From UHGV virus genome UHGV-0277313: a stretch of 64,000 nt of DNA; one strand, written 5' to 3'. This DNA is from a virus. Shown here piece after piece: positions 9,631 through 18,549 of this stretch (its first letter is position 1; every line of letters begins with the position of its first letter). The notes below the pieces were generated by a model. It was not told the origin of the DNA, made no database searches, and saw only the letters and a program-made list of their open reading frames with translations. The translations under genes were made by a program, and so were the position numbers.

Positions 9631-10137
9631 TAAAACATCAATGTAATTTATAATAGAAGGGTCTTTGAAAGCTTCAGCAACTGTTTCATAACGTTTCAAA
9701 TATACAGCATCTTCTGTCATAAATTTAGGTATTTTGGTTGCTTTTATACTATTAACAGAATCATTCTCAAATGAATAGTAAAAACTATAATCAGTATCAT
9801 TTATTGCAAATAATATGGCAGGACGCTTGTTAATATCGGTTAAAATAACAAAAATTTGTAAAGGTAAATTTTCGAAATGTTTTTTAAACCCATTGACAAA
9901 GTCTTTAAACAATTCCTCAACATTATCAAACATGATGGTTTTATAATCTAAAAATGAAAGAGGTACATCTAGTGTAGGTGATGTATGTACGTCATATTTT
10001 AAATAATCATCTTTTAAATACTTTGTAAAAACAGATATAAATGCCGTTTTGTTAACTATGTATTTATTATATTCAGATTCTTCTTTAAATCGTGACGAAG
10101 TTGCTTCTTCATAATATTTAAAATATAGATTATTCAT
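9619..10137 (-). CDS. paralog-array protein 7 (C-terminus INYIDVLNEI)
   Basis: 172-aa ORF, tandem family member. Confidence 0.6.
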   Translation of the reverse strand: MNNLYFKYYEEATSSRFKEESEYNKYIVNKTAFISVFTKYLKDDYLKYDVHTSPTLDVPLSFLDYKTIMFDNVEELFKDFVNGFKKHFENLPLQIFVILTDINKRPAILFAINDTDYSFYYSFENDSVNSIKATKIPKFMTEDAVYLKRYETVAEAFKDPSIINYIDVLNEI

Positions 10138-10279
10138 TTTGATTCCAGTTATGAATTTACCTTTATGTTTGAAGAACCTTTTTTCTTGTTTTTTAGCTTA
10201 AAGTAAAACTAAAGGCGAGTCAATTAAAATTGGCTCGCCTTGATACTCATAAAAACACATTTCTTTAAAAAGAATAAAT

Positions 10280-11887
10280 TTAGACATTATTTTCAGCAAG
10301 TGAAACTTTTGTATAAGAATTGATAACATCAGTAGTATTACCAACACCTAAGTTACCAAGTTTGTTATAACCAACTAAATAAGCATCACCTTTTGTTGTT
10401 ACATACCCAGAGTTGTACATTGTCATTCCGTGTACATAATTTAGCGTGAAATCTGCAACATTACTGTTAATAAGTACAAGACCTGTTTCAGCAGAATTTC
10501 CAACGACATTGTTTGATGTATTATTAGAATATTTATATAATTCACCGTTTTCAGTTAAAGCTAACAGTGCATATTTATTATTTTGCCCACCAGATGAAAC
10601 ATCAAAAATGTGTTGCAATTTTTTCACTTTTGCTATTAAAACATTTGACGGATAGTAACTATATGTATTGATATAGGAAAGGTGACATAAAGAACCATCA
10701 TCTAATAAAACCAAACCACCAGAATATAGTGAATCTGTTAAGCTAAGTATATTTTTAATATTTTTAGCAATTTCTTTTTTGGAAGAATCTGTATAAATAG
10801 AATAACTATGGCTTCCAGGGCTATTTGAAGAGTAGTAATATTCTTTTATATTTATTTTATTGTTAGCTTCATAAAGGACATCCAAATGATAAACTGTCGA
10901 ACTATAATGTTTATATACAATTGATAGTATCTTCATACTTCCTGACATTAATTTGAAAGAGTATGATTTAGGTGAATATTTTGCCGAAAAATCAGAATAA
11001 GGGCCAGTACAGTATAATTTATGATCATTAGTAATGTAATAAGTCGCCCAATCAGCAAATTGGTATATGTCTTTTACGTTTGTCGCTAGTTCAATAAATG
11101 TTGTTGCTTCTTGTCCATTATTGCTTAACAGACGATCAGAGTCACTTCCGATACCAAAAAGTGTATCATCATTTGTTATATAGAAAGCATTCACGTAACC
11201 TTCATATATTGTTTTTACATAATCAGCAATTTTTTCAAAATCCCCAGTTTTTGAATAATATTGCTTTGAAGATATAAATAATTCATCGTTTTCTGTTACA
11301 TACATTGGCATTAAATATGTCCCAGAGTATGACATTCCCAAACAAGCATCGCGAACATTTTCAGCCACTTTTGTAAATTCAGTAACTGCATTTGTTGATG
11401 AAGGATTACCTAAAAGACGTGAATGACCAGCGGCATATAAATCACCATTATCCATAATCAAATAAGTGCCATATTGGCCACATAATTTAATTTTCTTAAC
11501 GCCTTGACCTAAACGTTGCAACAGAATTTGAATCTCTTTATTTGTATCAGCAATTGTTGAGCCTGATAAGTCTTGCATGCCGACATGTTTTGCAGTATAG
11601 TTAATTTGTTCGTTTTGGTTCGTAATAACCATATTACCGAAATTCAATAACTCATTACCGTCATTATCTGTAAATGTCATTTCAGAATCATTTGGTTTAG
11701 GAGAGAATTTAGTAATCTTTAAATCACCTAAATCAACTTTTCCTGATGTTGTTTTAATTTCAGAAATCTTTTGTGCATAGTTTTCAAAAGGTGCAGTTTT
11801 ATTAATATCTGAACCTTTTTTCACAATAGACTGATATATGTCTTTTTTAATTTTAAGAATTTCTTTAATCTGCTCAATATTTGACAT
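10280..11887 (-). CDS. RCC1-like beta-propeller repeat protein (possible structural/receptor-binding protein)
   Basis: 535-aa ORF with repeated G.N..G.LG-like units (LYAAGHSRLLGN, LFGIGSDSDRLLSNNG, LVGYNKLGNLGVGNT) characteristic of RCC1 blades. Confidence 0.55.
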   Translation of the reverse strand: MSNIEQIKEILKIKKDIYQSIVKKGSDINKTAPFENYAQKISEIKTTSGKVDLGDLKITKFSPKPNDSEMTFTDNDGNELLNFGNMVITNQNEQINYTAKHVGMQDLSGSTIADTNKEIQILLQRLGQGVKKIKLCGQYGTYLIMDNGDLYAAGHSRLLGNPSSTNAVTEFTKVAENVRDACLGMSYSGTYLMPMYVTENDELFISSKQYYSKTGDFEKIADYVKTIYEGYVNAFYITNDDTLFGIGSDSDRLLSNNGQEATTFIELATNVKDIYQFADWATYYITNDHKLYCTGPYSDFSAKYSPKSYSFKLMSGSMKILSIVYKHYSSTVYHLDVLYEANNKINIKEYYYSSNSPGSHSYSIYTDSSKKEIAKNIKNILSLTDSLYSGGLVLLDDGSLCHLSYINTYSYYPSNVLIAKVKKLQHIFDVSSGGQNNKYALLALTENGELYKYSNNTSNNVVGNSAETGLVLINSNVADFTLNYVHGMTMYNSGYVTTKGDAYLVGYNKLGNLGVGNTTDVINSYTKVSLAENNV

Positions 11888-12318
11888 ATCTTTTATATTA
11901 AATCTTTTTAAATTAGTGTGTTCAATACATAGAACAATAATTTAAACAATTCTAAACTATTCGTCATTATGTCAGTTGATTTTTAACAGACCATACATTG
12001 GCATTACGTTTAAATGTACCCTCATCACATATTTTATTTAGACCGTTTTAGGAGGTCTTTAAAATGCCAGCAACAGCTATTTTAAAACACTTCATAATCT
12101 TTAATGAAGTTTGAATGTAAAATCTAGATTTTGAATCTATTGCAGTACAATATAATGCATTTGCACTATGTCAACATATGTGTTAATATATAATAGATAT
12201 TGCTGTTTTCGTCTAATTTGTCTACAATATAAAATACAAACATTTGTCAAGAAGTGTATATAATAAAATAAATTCTTTTTTGTTGACATAGTCTGACATT
12301 GGTATAGTTTTAATTTTC

Positions 12319-12347
12319 TTGACAATTTTTTGTAAGTTTGTTATTGT
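12319..12347 (+). promoter_or_regulatory. sigma70-like promoter (TTGACA-N17-TATTGT) in divergent AT-rich control region
   Basis: ttgacaattttttgtaagtttgttattgt about 40 nt upstream of the 12387 start; region 11888..12386 separates divergent gene blocks. Confidence 0.5.
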
Positions 12348-12386
12348 TTAAAAAATCTAAAATTTTAACTATTCACGGATTTTAAA

Positions 12387-13442
12387 ATGACTTATTTGAC
12401 TGAAGAAGAAAGAGCTGCTAGAAAACAGTTGGCCCAACAAAAATACAAAAACAAAGAAGAAGTAAAAATAAGAAAAAGATTCAATGATTGCAACAGTCGA
12501 AGAAGACGGTTGGGTCTTTCTGTTTTCACATTTAATGAATGGCAGGAGTGGTATAAAAACAAGCATGCGCCAAAAGGATCATTGCTTCATAAATATAAAC
12601 AGTTTATTCAAGGTAGAAAAAAGAGAAAGTTGGAAATAATTTCGTTTGAAAAATATTGCGAATTGATTGCTGAACGTAATAGAAACAAATCAGCTAATGC
12701 TGAAGAGAGACGTTTACGCGCAAATCAAAAGGCAAAAGAAAGATATCATTCCAACGAAGAAGTGCGAAAAAGAAAAATGGAATATAGTAAGAAATACAGA
12801 AAAGAACATCCAGAAGTTCGAAGTAAATGTTATTATAAAAAGGCATACGAAAAGTATAAAGAAAAAGTTGCAAACATGTCTGAAGCAGAACGTGAGCTGT
12901 TGAAAAGAAAAATTTATGAAAATAAACAGAGATTTTTAAAAAATATGTCCGAAGAAAAACGTTTGGAATATAAAAAGAAACATGCTGCTCGTTCAAGAGA
13001 CTATTGGCGTAATTTGTCACCTGAAAAACGTCTGGAACTTAAAGAGAGAAAAGCTGAATACTATAAAAATCGTTGCAAAAATAATTTGGAAAAAGTATAT
13101 GAACATTTGGTAAAACAACGTGAAAGAACAGGTATAAAGAAAAAGGATAGTTTTGAAGATTACTTGAAAAAGAAACGTGATATGGATAATAAAACAAATC
13201 ACTATAATGAAGACTTAAGTTTTCTTAATGAAAAATTCCCGTTAAGTCAAAAATTATTGTCTATTGAAGAATACAATAGAAGAACATTTATAATGCAAAA
13301 ATTACAACGTGTCCTTAAACATTTAGGTTTATCAACTAAAATTTTGATGAATTATAAAAGAGGTCACTATACAATGCAACAACTAAAGACTTTTTTAGAA
13401 ATGTACCAAAATAAAGAATGGAAAAATAATGAACGAAAATGA
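12387..13442 (+). CDS. highly basic K/R/E-rich repeat protein (possible nucleic-acid-binding)
   Basis: 351-aa ORF; about 45 percent K/R/E; recurring units such as AKERYHSNEEVRKRKMEYSKKYRKEHPE and KRLEYKKKHAARSRDYWRNLSPEKRLELKERKAEYYKNR. Confidence 0.6.
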   Translation: MTYLTEEERAARKQLAQQKYKNKEEVKIRKRFNDCNSRRRRLGLSVFTFNEWQEWYKNKHAPKGSLLHKYKQFIQGRKKRKLEIISFEKYCELIAERNRNKSANAEERRLRANQKAKERYHSNEEVRKRKMEYSKKYRKEHPEVRSKCYYKKAYEKYKEKVANMSEAERELLKRKIYENKQRFLKNMSEEKRLEYKKKHAARSRDYWRNLSPEKRLELKERKAEYYKNRCKNNLEKVYEHLVKQRERTGIKKKDSFEDYLKKKRDMDNKTNHYNEDLSFLNEKFPLSQKLLSIEEYNRRTFIMQKLQRVLKHLGLSTKILMNYKRGHYTMQQLKTFLEMYQNKEWKNNERK

Positions 13443-13749
13443 GATCAGAGCTTTTCTAAAAGAAAACATTTATAACATTAAAAAGTTTGCAAACGGAAGT
13501 CCATATGATGGTGAAACAGTTTCCTATAATTTGGGAAACACTTTTGTTGTAACTTGTGAAGAATATTTTGATAAAGCATCATATCAATTAAGGTTTAATA
13601 ATAAAATTTCAGAAGATATATTGGCAAAAATTATCTTTGAGTATGTTGATAAACTTTATAAAGAGGTTGTTGAAAAGCCTGATAAAGATTCAGATTGGAA
13701 TTGGCGTTTGTCGCAAGCAACAAATACAACCTTAAGAAATCAGTGGTAG
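13429..13749 (+). CDS. hypothetical protein
   Basis: 106-aa ORF, ATGA start/stop overlap with upstream gene. Confidence 0.5.
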   Translation: MNENEIRAFLKENIYNIKKFANGSPYDGETVSYNLGNTFVVTCEEYFDKASYQLRFNNKISEDILAKIIFEYVDKLYKEVVEKPDKDSDWNWRLSQATNTTLRNQW

Positions 13750-13751
13750 AT

Positions 13752-14261
13752 ATGCAATATAGATGTGTTGGTTTCGAAAGACTTGCCTTTAGCGGCTTTG
13801 ATCTTTTTATAAACGATTATCGTGATCACGATAATTTATTCGCATCAGGTTGTATTATCTTTTACAAAAAAGATAATTTGTTTCATTTTGTGCTATTAGG
13901 TCGATTAGGAATTTATGTATTAGCACCAGTTGTACAGTATATTTTAAAAGATATTGTAGAGGGCAGCATTTTAGATGCCGATAATTTCTATGCTTATGGT
14001 TTTAATAGTAAAGAAGAGGATCGATATATCACAAATAATTTTGTAAAAGTTAAACCTTTTTATGTGCTTTACGAAAAATTATCAGACGGAAACAACTTAT
14101 ATTGCGATTGTGAAAAGTTTTGTATAGGTTTAGAAAGAAATCAGTCTTTGATATTTAATAGTAAAAAAGATGCTCAAACGTTTATCAAAGATAATCAATT
14201 AAAGAATAACATTATTAAAGTTGATAGGTTGTTTCAAATGAAATTTGGGGATGCTATATGA
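13752..14261 (+). CDS. hypothetical protein
   Basis: ORF trimmed to internal ATG (MQYRCVG...) directly after the upstream stop. Confidence 0.5.
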   Translation: MQYRCVGFERLAFSGFDLFINDYRDHDNLFASGCIIFYKKDNLFHFVLLGRLGIYVLAPVVQYILKDIVEGSILDADNFYAYGFNSKEEDRYITNNFVKVKPFYVLYEKLSDGNNLYCDCEKFCIGLERNQSLIFNSKKDAQTFIKDNQLKNNIIKVDRLFQMKFGDAI

Positions 14262-14812
14262 GGTTTGCTAATTTAAATTATTTGGGTGCGACATATCTAA
14301 CAGAAAATGAAATACAGAGAGTGTTTTTCTATAAGATAGATAACACCTTAATTCCTATATCCCTAAACTTTATTGATTTTATGAAGATTTTTTATATCGA
14401 TGCGAAGTGCGATCTGAATAGTTGCCTGACTAATATTTATTGCTATGATCTAAATGATGTAGACGACAATGATGTTTCTGTAGATAACAAAATATATATG
14501 ACGAAATCTTTTACAAACTATTCAAGACCTGTAGAAAATGTCTGTTTCTTCTATTATAAAAAGAAACGGTATTTGCAAATGCAAAAGATTTTATCATGGC
14601 AACAATCAGATGATTTTAACATTACAATATCTTCTGTAAAAAAAGTGCACCATTTCGAGAATGTTCAATTGATTGTTGTAGAAAATCAGTTTCAACATTA
14701 TGTTAGTGTGAATTCAATTGAGTACAATAAAAATGTTTACGGGTTACCTAGATATGAGACTGTGAAACTTTTAAAATACAATTCAAGTTTAAAGCAATAT
14801 GTTGAAGCTTGA
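14258..14812 (+). CDS. hypothetical protein
   Basis: 184-aa ORF with ATGA overlap to upstream gene. Confidence 0.5.
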   Translation: MRFANLNYLGATYLTENEIQRVFFYKIDNTLIPISLNFIDFMKIFYIDAKCDLNSCLTNIYCYDLNDVDDNDVSVDNKIYMTKSFTNYSRPVENVCFFYYKKKRYLQMQKILSWQQSDDFNITISSVKKVHHFENVQLIVVENQFQHYVSVNSIEYNKNVYGLPRYETVKLLKYNSSLKQYVEA

Positions 14813-14865
14813 CAATGTTTGTTTTATGTGATAGATTGAACTATCAAATTATGAAAGGAACCTAA

Positions 14866-15213
14866 ATGCTGCATTTGTTTGGAAAACTGTTTTCGAATAA
14901 ACCTATTTATATTAAAAAGAAAAAGGATACAATTTTTTATTCAGTTAACTTTCCATTTGTAACAAGTGATTGGTTAACTTTTCACATTTTAGGTTTGAAG
15001 AAAATAAACGATCGTAGGGTTGTAGCAGTTATCAGAAACATTTTAACATGTGATATTTATGAGGTTGATATCGACGAGTTGAACCACTTTTATAAAAAGT
15101 TTGATAAATATAATTTGTTGTTTAAAAGTCAATTAAGTATTTATAATAAAAAGATTCACGATGGAACAATTCCTGTGATAGAATATAAAAAGTTTGAAAC
15201 TCTGTTTGTTTAA
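14866..15213 (+). CDS. hypothetical protein
   Basis: 115-aa ORF, SD gaaaggaacctaaATG. Confidence 0.5.
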   Translation: MLHLFGKLFSNKPIYIKKKKDTIFYSVNFPFVTSDWLTFHILGLKKINDRRVVAVIRNILTCDIYEVDIDELNHFYKKFDKYNLLFKSQLSIYNKKIHDGTIPVIEYKKFETLFV

Positions 15214-15224
15214 AGGATTAAAAA

Positions 15225-15446
15225 ATGTCTGAAGATGATATCAATAATTTTTTTGTAAATTATATTAATGAAAATGGATCAAATGAAACAACAAGTTACC
15301 CTAAAAGTGTTTGTGGTAATATTATTTGTCCTAAATGTCATCATGATACAGGTTATCCGATGGTAACATGTGAAGTTGTTTATGCAGATAAACATTGTCC
15401 ATTTTGTGGAAATGTCGTTGTACATGCTATGAATATCATGTGTTGA
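15225..15446 (+). CDS. small zinc-ribbon protein
   Basis: 73-aa ORF with two CxxC pairs (CPKCHHD ... CPFCG). Confidence 0.55.
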   Translation: MSEDDINNFFVNYINENGSNETTSYPKSVCGNIICPKCHHDTGYPMVTCEVVYADKHCPFCGNVVVHAMNIMC

Positions 15447-15453
15447 GGATTTA

Positions 15454-15834
15454 ATGGAATATAGTTATTTGCTTTGTGAAGTAGGTACTCAAGATAGAGT
15501 TATATTTTTTAAGACTTCAAGAAAGTTCAGAAAAACAAATGTCGTAACTACAGTAAACGAGTTTATGGATTTATGTGAATTGGAATTACAACAAAATAAT
15601 GTAATAAAAGTTCATGGGTACTATACAAAAAGAACACATGTTATTCATTATTATATAGACAACACAACTGTTTATACTGAAAGATCTTTGACTGTTACAG
15701 TTGGCTGGAAAACTTTACGTGATAAGTTTAAAAGAAGATTTGGATGTGATGTAGAGATACTTCATAAAAAATATTGTTCGTACATAATTGTCCAAAATGC
15801 TAGTATTGGAAGTAATCTATTGAAAGATATTTAA
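15454..15834 (+). CDS. hypothetical protein, tandem duplicate A (C-terminus IGSNLLKDI)
   Basis: 126-aa ORF, about 60 percent identical to the adjacent 15852..16235 product. Confidence 0.6.
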   Translation: MEYSYLLCEVGTQDRVIFFKTSRKFRKTNVVTTVNEFMDLCELELQQNNVIKVHGYYTKRTHVIHYYIDNTTVYTERSLTVTVGWKTLRDKFKRRFGCDVEILHKKYCSYIIVQNASIGSNLLKDI

Positions 15835-15851
15835 ATAGTGTTGAGGTTTTA

Positions 15852-16235
15852 ATGGAATATTGTTTTTTGTTTGGTGAAGTAAGAGGAACTCAAGATAAAT
15901 TTATGTTTTTTAAATCTTCATGTAAGTTTAAAGAAACAAATATTGCCAACACAGTAAACGAGTTTATGAATTTATGTGAACTGGCATTGCAACAGAATAA
16001 TGTAATAAAAATTTATGGACATTATACAAAAAAGTCACATGTTACTCATTTTTATGCAGAAAGCACAACTATTTATACAGAAAAACCTCAACATGTCTAT
16101 GTTGGTTGGAAAGTTTTACGGGATAAGTTTAAAAGAAGGTTCGGGAGAGATGTAGAAATACTTCATGAAAAATATTATGGATCAATCATTGTTAAAAATA
16201 CTAATATTGGAAGTAATTTATTAAAAGATATTTAA
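15852..16235 (+). CDS. hypothetical protein, tandem duplicate B (C-terminus IGSNLLKDI)
   Basis: 127-aa ORF, paralog of 15454..15834. Confidence 0.6.
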   Translation: MEYCFLFGEVRGTQDKFMFFKSSCKFKETNIANTVNEFMNLCELALQQNNVIKIYGHYTKKSHVTHFYAESTTIYTEKPQHVYVGWKVLRDKFKRRFGRDVEILHEKYYGSIIVKNTNIGSNLLKDI

Positions 16236-16252
16236 ATAGCGTGGAGACTTTA

Positions 16253-16459
16253 ATGAACGATTATGATGTTAAAGAGAAGTTGTTGTTGATATTGATTCTA
16301 ATTATTATCATCGCATTGCCTGCCTCGTGCAGTTATGATATAGGTAAAATTGAAGGTAAAGCTGAAACGGTCCAAGAACTGTGTTCAAAAACTGAATACG
16401 ATTTCTGTGTAAAAGTACAACAGAAACCTATATATACTCTTAAAAATGATATTGACTAA
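16253..16459 (+). CDS. small predicted lipoprotein / signal-peptide protein
   Basis: hydrophobic LLLILILIIIIALPASC segment followed by Cys; 68 aa. Confidence 0.45.
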   Translation: MNDYDVKEKLLLILILIIIIALPASCSYDIGKIEGKAETVQELCSKTEYDFCVKVQQKPIYTLKNDID

Positions 16460-16851
16460 ATGAAAGAAACAATATGTTCCAAAACCGAGAAGAATTAAAA
16501 GAAGACTTCGATGAAGTTCCTGTGAACGAAAATCAAATTTGTTACCCTGATGAAGATTGTTTGGAAATCTTAAAGGAAAATGAAGATTGAATAGACATAG
16601 CTTTTTTAAATTATTTCCAATTCTATACGACGTAAAATGATTTGTAAAATGGTGGAAAAAAGCATTTAGTTGAAAAGTGTTATATCAGATTTGGAAGAAT
16701 TCCTAAAAATGAAAAAAGTGGAATTCATTTAGGTAAAGATATACGTTTTGAAAATGGGGTTTCTGTTTGGGATGCTGTAAAATTAAAGGACGGTTATCAT
16801 CTTGTTGCTCCTCTTCAAGGAAATACTTGCACTTATACCGATTTTATAAAA

Positions 16852-17046
16852 ATGGCGTTTCCTCAAGAGTGGTATGGAGATTTCGTTTCACATGAACCAA
16901 TTTATGTCGTTTCTGGTGATGAAGTCGGTCGTGGAAGTGATAATGAACCTTTACTGAAAAATATAAAAATAATTGAAGAATTACCTTTTGATTATTTTAA
17001 CTATGGCCCCACATATGAAAAGTATATGCCAAAGGAAAAAGAATGA
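16852..17046 (+). CDS. hypothetical protein; frame is open from 16648 without an ATG, upstream ATG at 16649 is in the +1 frame across an A6 run (possible frameshift or pseudogene)
   Basis: frame-1 ORF ...KHLVEKCYIRFGRIPKNEKSGIHLGKD...YVVSGDEVGRGSDNEPLL continues to 17046; MVEK start at 16649 joins it with a -1 shift at ggaaaaaag. Confidence 0.4.
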   Translation: MAFPQEWYGDFVSHEPIYVVSGDEVGRGSDNEPLLKNIKIIEELPFDYFNYGPTYEKYMPKEKE

Positions 17047-17099
17047 ATGATTGTTGGTAAAGGAAAATTTTAAAGTCCATGAAATGTTTATAAAAAAAT

Positions 17100-17520
17100 T
17101 CGTGAAGTTGAAAAATTGTGTGCACTTTAATAATAGGTAATGATAAGTGGTGCTTTGCGATAAAAGAAATGCTTTATGATAAAAAATAAAGAAAGATTAT
17201 AATAAAAGATAACTATAATAATGGTAAAAGAAAAAGAGAGTATTATAATGGGATGAATGAAAGTTAATGTTGTGTGAGTGATGATTAGGATGGGGTGATT
17301 TTGGTATGCAGGGAAAATGATGTATGAAGTAGTGAAGATGAAGACAGTAAGAGATGAAAGATATTAGTCTGAAGAAAGGGTAAGATGATTGGGGAAATGA
17401 GTGTGGGGGTTATGTGGTGGCAAAAGGTGAAGAAGATGAAGAATATGAATAACGGCGATGTTTATGGTGTTGCATGAAAATTGGATGAATCGAAGAGTAT
17501 TGTGTATTCTATCTCGTGCC
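17100..17520 (+). other. C-depleted purine-rich tract (G/A/T-rich, ORF-free on both strands)
   Basis: about 400 nt with very few C on the plus strand; reiterated gatgaag / gtgaagatgaag / gatgatt-gggg units; G-runs. Confidence 0.6.
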
Positions 17521-17713
17521 TGTTTTTCGGTATAACTATATTATCGAAAGGGAATAGAGCAGATAGGAAAACGGCAAGCGGGGCGCAAGCCCCTATACCG
17601 AAAGCCTTATTGACTATATAGGGATATATAGTAGAGTTAGGTATAAGGAAATCAGTATAACAGGCTTGATAGGTAGTTAATACCGAAAAACCCGCTTGCC
17701 GTTAAAATTCCTG

Positions 17714-17742
17714 TTGACAAGTTTCTGATTTTTTGATAGTAT
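17714..17742 (+). promoter_or_regulatory. sigma70-like promoter (TTGACA-N17-TAGTAT) inside ORF-free region
   Basis: ttgacaagtttctgattttttgatagtat; no ORF downstream for about 800 nt. Confidence 0.6.
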
Positions 17743-17748
17743 ATAACT

Positions 17749-18300
17749 ATCGAAAGGGAATAGAGGATAAACAGGGATTTAAGGTATCAGAGGAAACTGG
17801 TATCATAGGTAAAGCTTTTATTAAGCATTGTTTGACATATAAGACAGTGTTTAATAAAAGCTTTATTTGTTAATGGTACGGTATCCGATACCTGATAAAC
17901 AGTTAAGCTGTTGTATCACTTGTTAATAAAGAGTGGTATAGCGGGTTAACGACCTTTAATCAGTCATTATAAAGTGGTAAAGCAAAGTAATGACGAAATG
18001 ATTAAAGGAATTATCAGGTTCACGTGTGAAAAAGAAAGCACGGCGGAACTATATACAGAATAAATAAAGTGAATGAAATGTCGTTTCAATTTTGTTGAGT
18101 TTAGAAACGACTGAAAACTTTAATCTTAAAATCAATTAAGGTTAAAGTGAAACAATCTATATTATTTAATATAGATTTAAACAGTTAAGGCAAGACTGAA
18201 AAGAAATGCCTTGATAGGTAATAACTCAACGGGATCAAATTCCCTTAATGAAAATAGATGAATTAAAAATAGTTTGTTTATTTTTCGTTAAGGGTGAAAA
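17749..18300 (+). ncRNA. candidate large structured ncRNA (boundaries uncertain; structured sequence also upstream 17531..17710)
   Basis: nested helices: cggcaagcggg(17572)/cccgcttgccg(17693); ggggc-GCAA-gcccc GNRA hairpin; aaagcttttatt(17808)/aataaaagcttt(17853) 12-bp closing helix; ggtatc-c-gatacc; aacag-ttaag-ctgtt; direct repeat ataactat(att)atcgaaagggaatagag at 17531 and 17740. Confidence 0.35.
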
Positions 18301-18549
18301 TACGGTGGTGAGCCAATCGACAAAAAGTTTCACGACCGTAAAACAAACCGTCTGAAATGGTTTGGATTTGTCTAGGTCAGTTTACTGATTTGAACTCACT
18401 CCTGCTTTAAGTGTATGTGAGAAGTAGGCTGTGGAACAAATCTGTATTGAAATAGATTACTCTAAGTCATTTCAGATATTTTAAGAACAGATTGGAATAA
18501 ACTAAAATAGAATGAAATGGTTTATTCCGAAACAAGAAAGGAAAAGAAA

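Noticed and set aside
6540-10137. Possibility that the regular approximately 510-bp periodicity is a CRISPR array or satellite
   Set aside because: Units are full protein-coding genes with divergent bodies; no short direct repeats separated by unique spacers.
12137-12566. Small minus-strand ORFs (12137..12325, 12369..12566) in the divergent control region
   Set aside because: AT-rich promoter DNA; no RBS; 12369..12566 overlaps the start of the 12387 gene.
18220-18250. tRNA-like T-arm (gggatcaaattccc)
   Set aside because: Stem only 4 bp, loop 6 nt, and no acceptor/D/anticodon arms could be assembled around it; not a tRNA.
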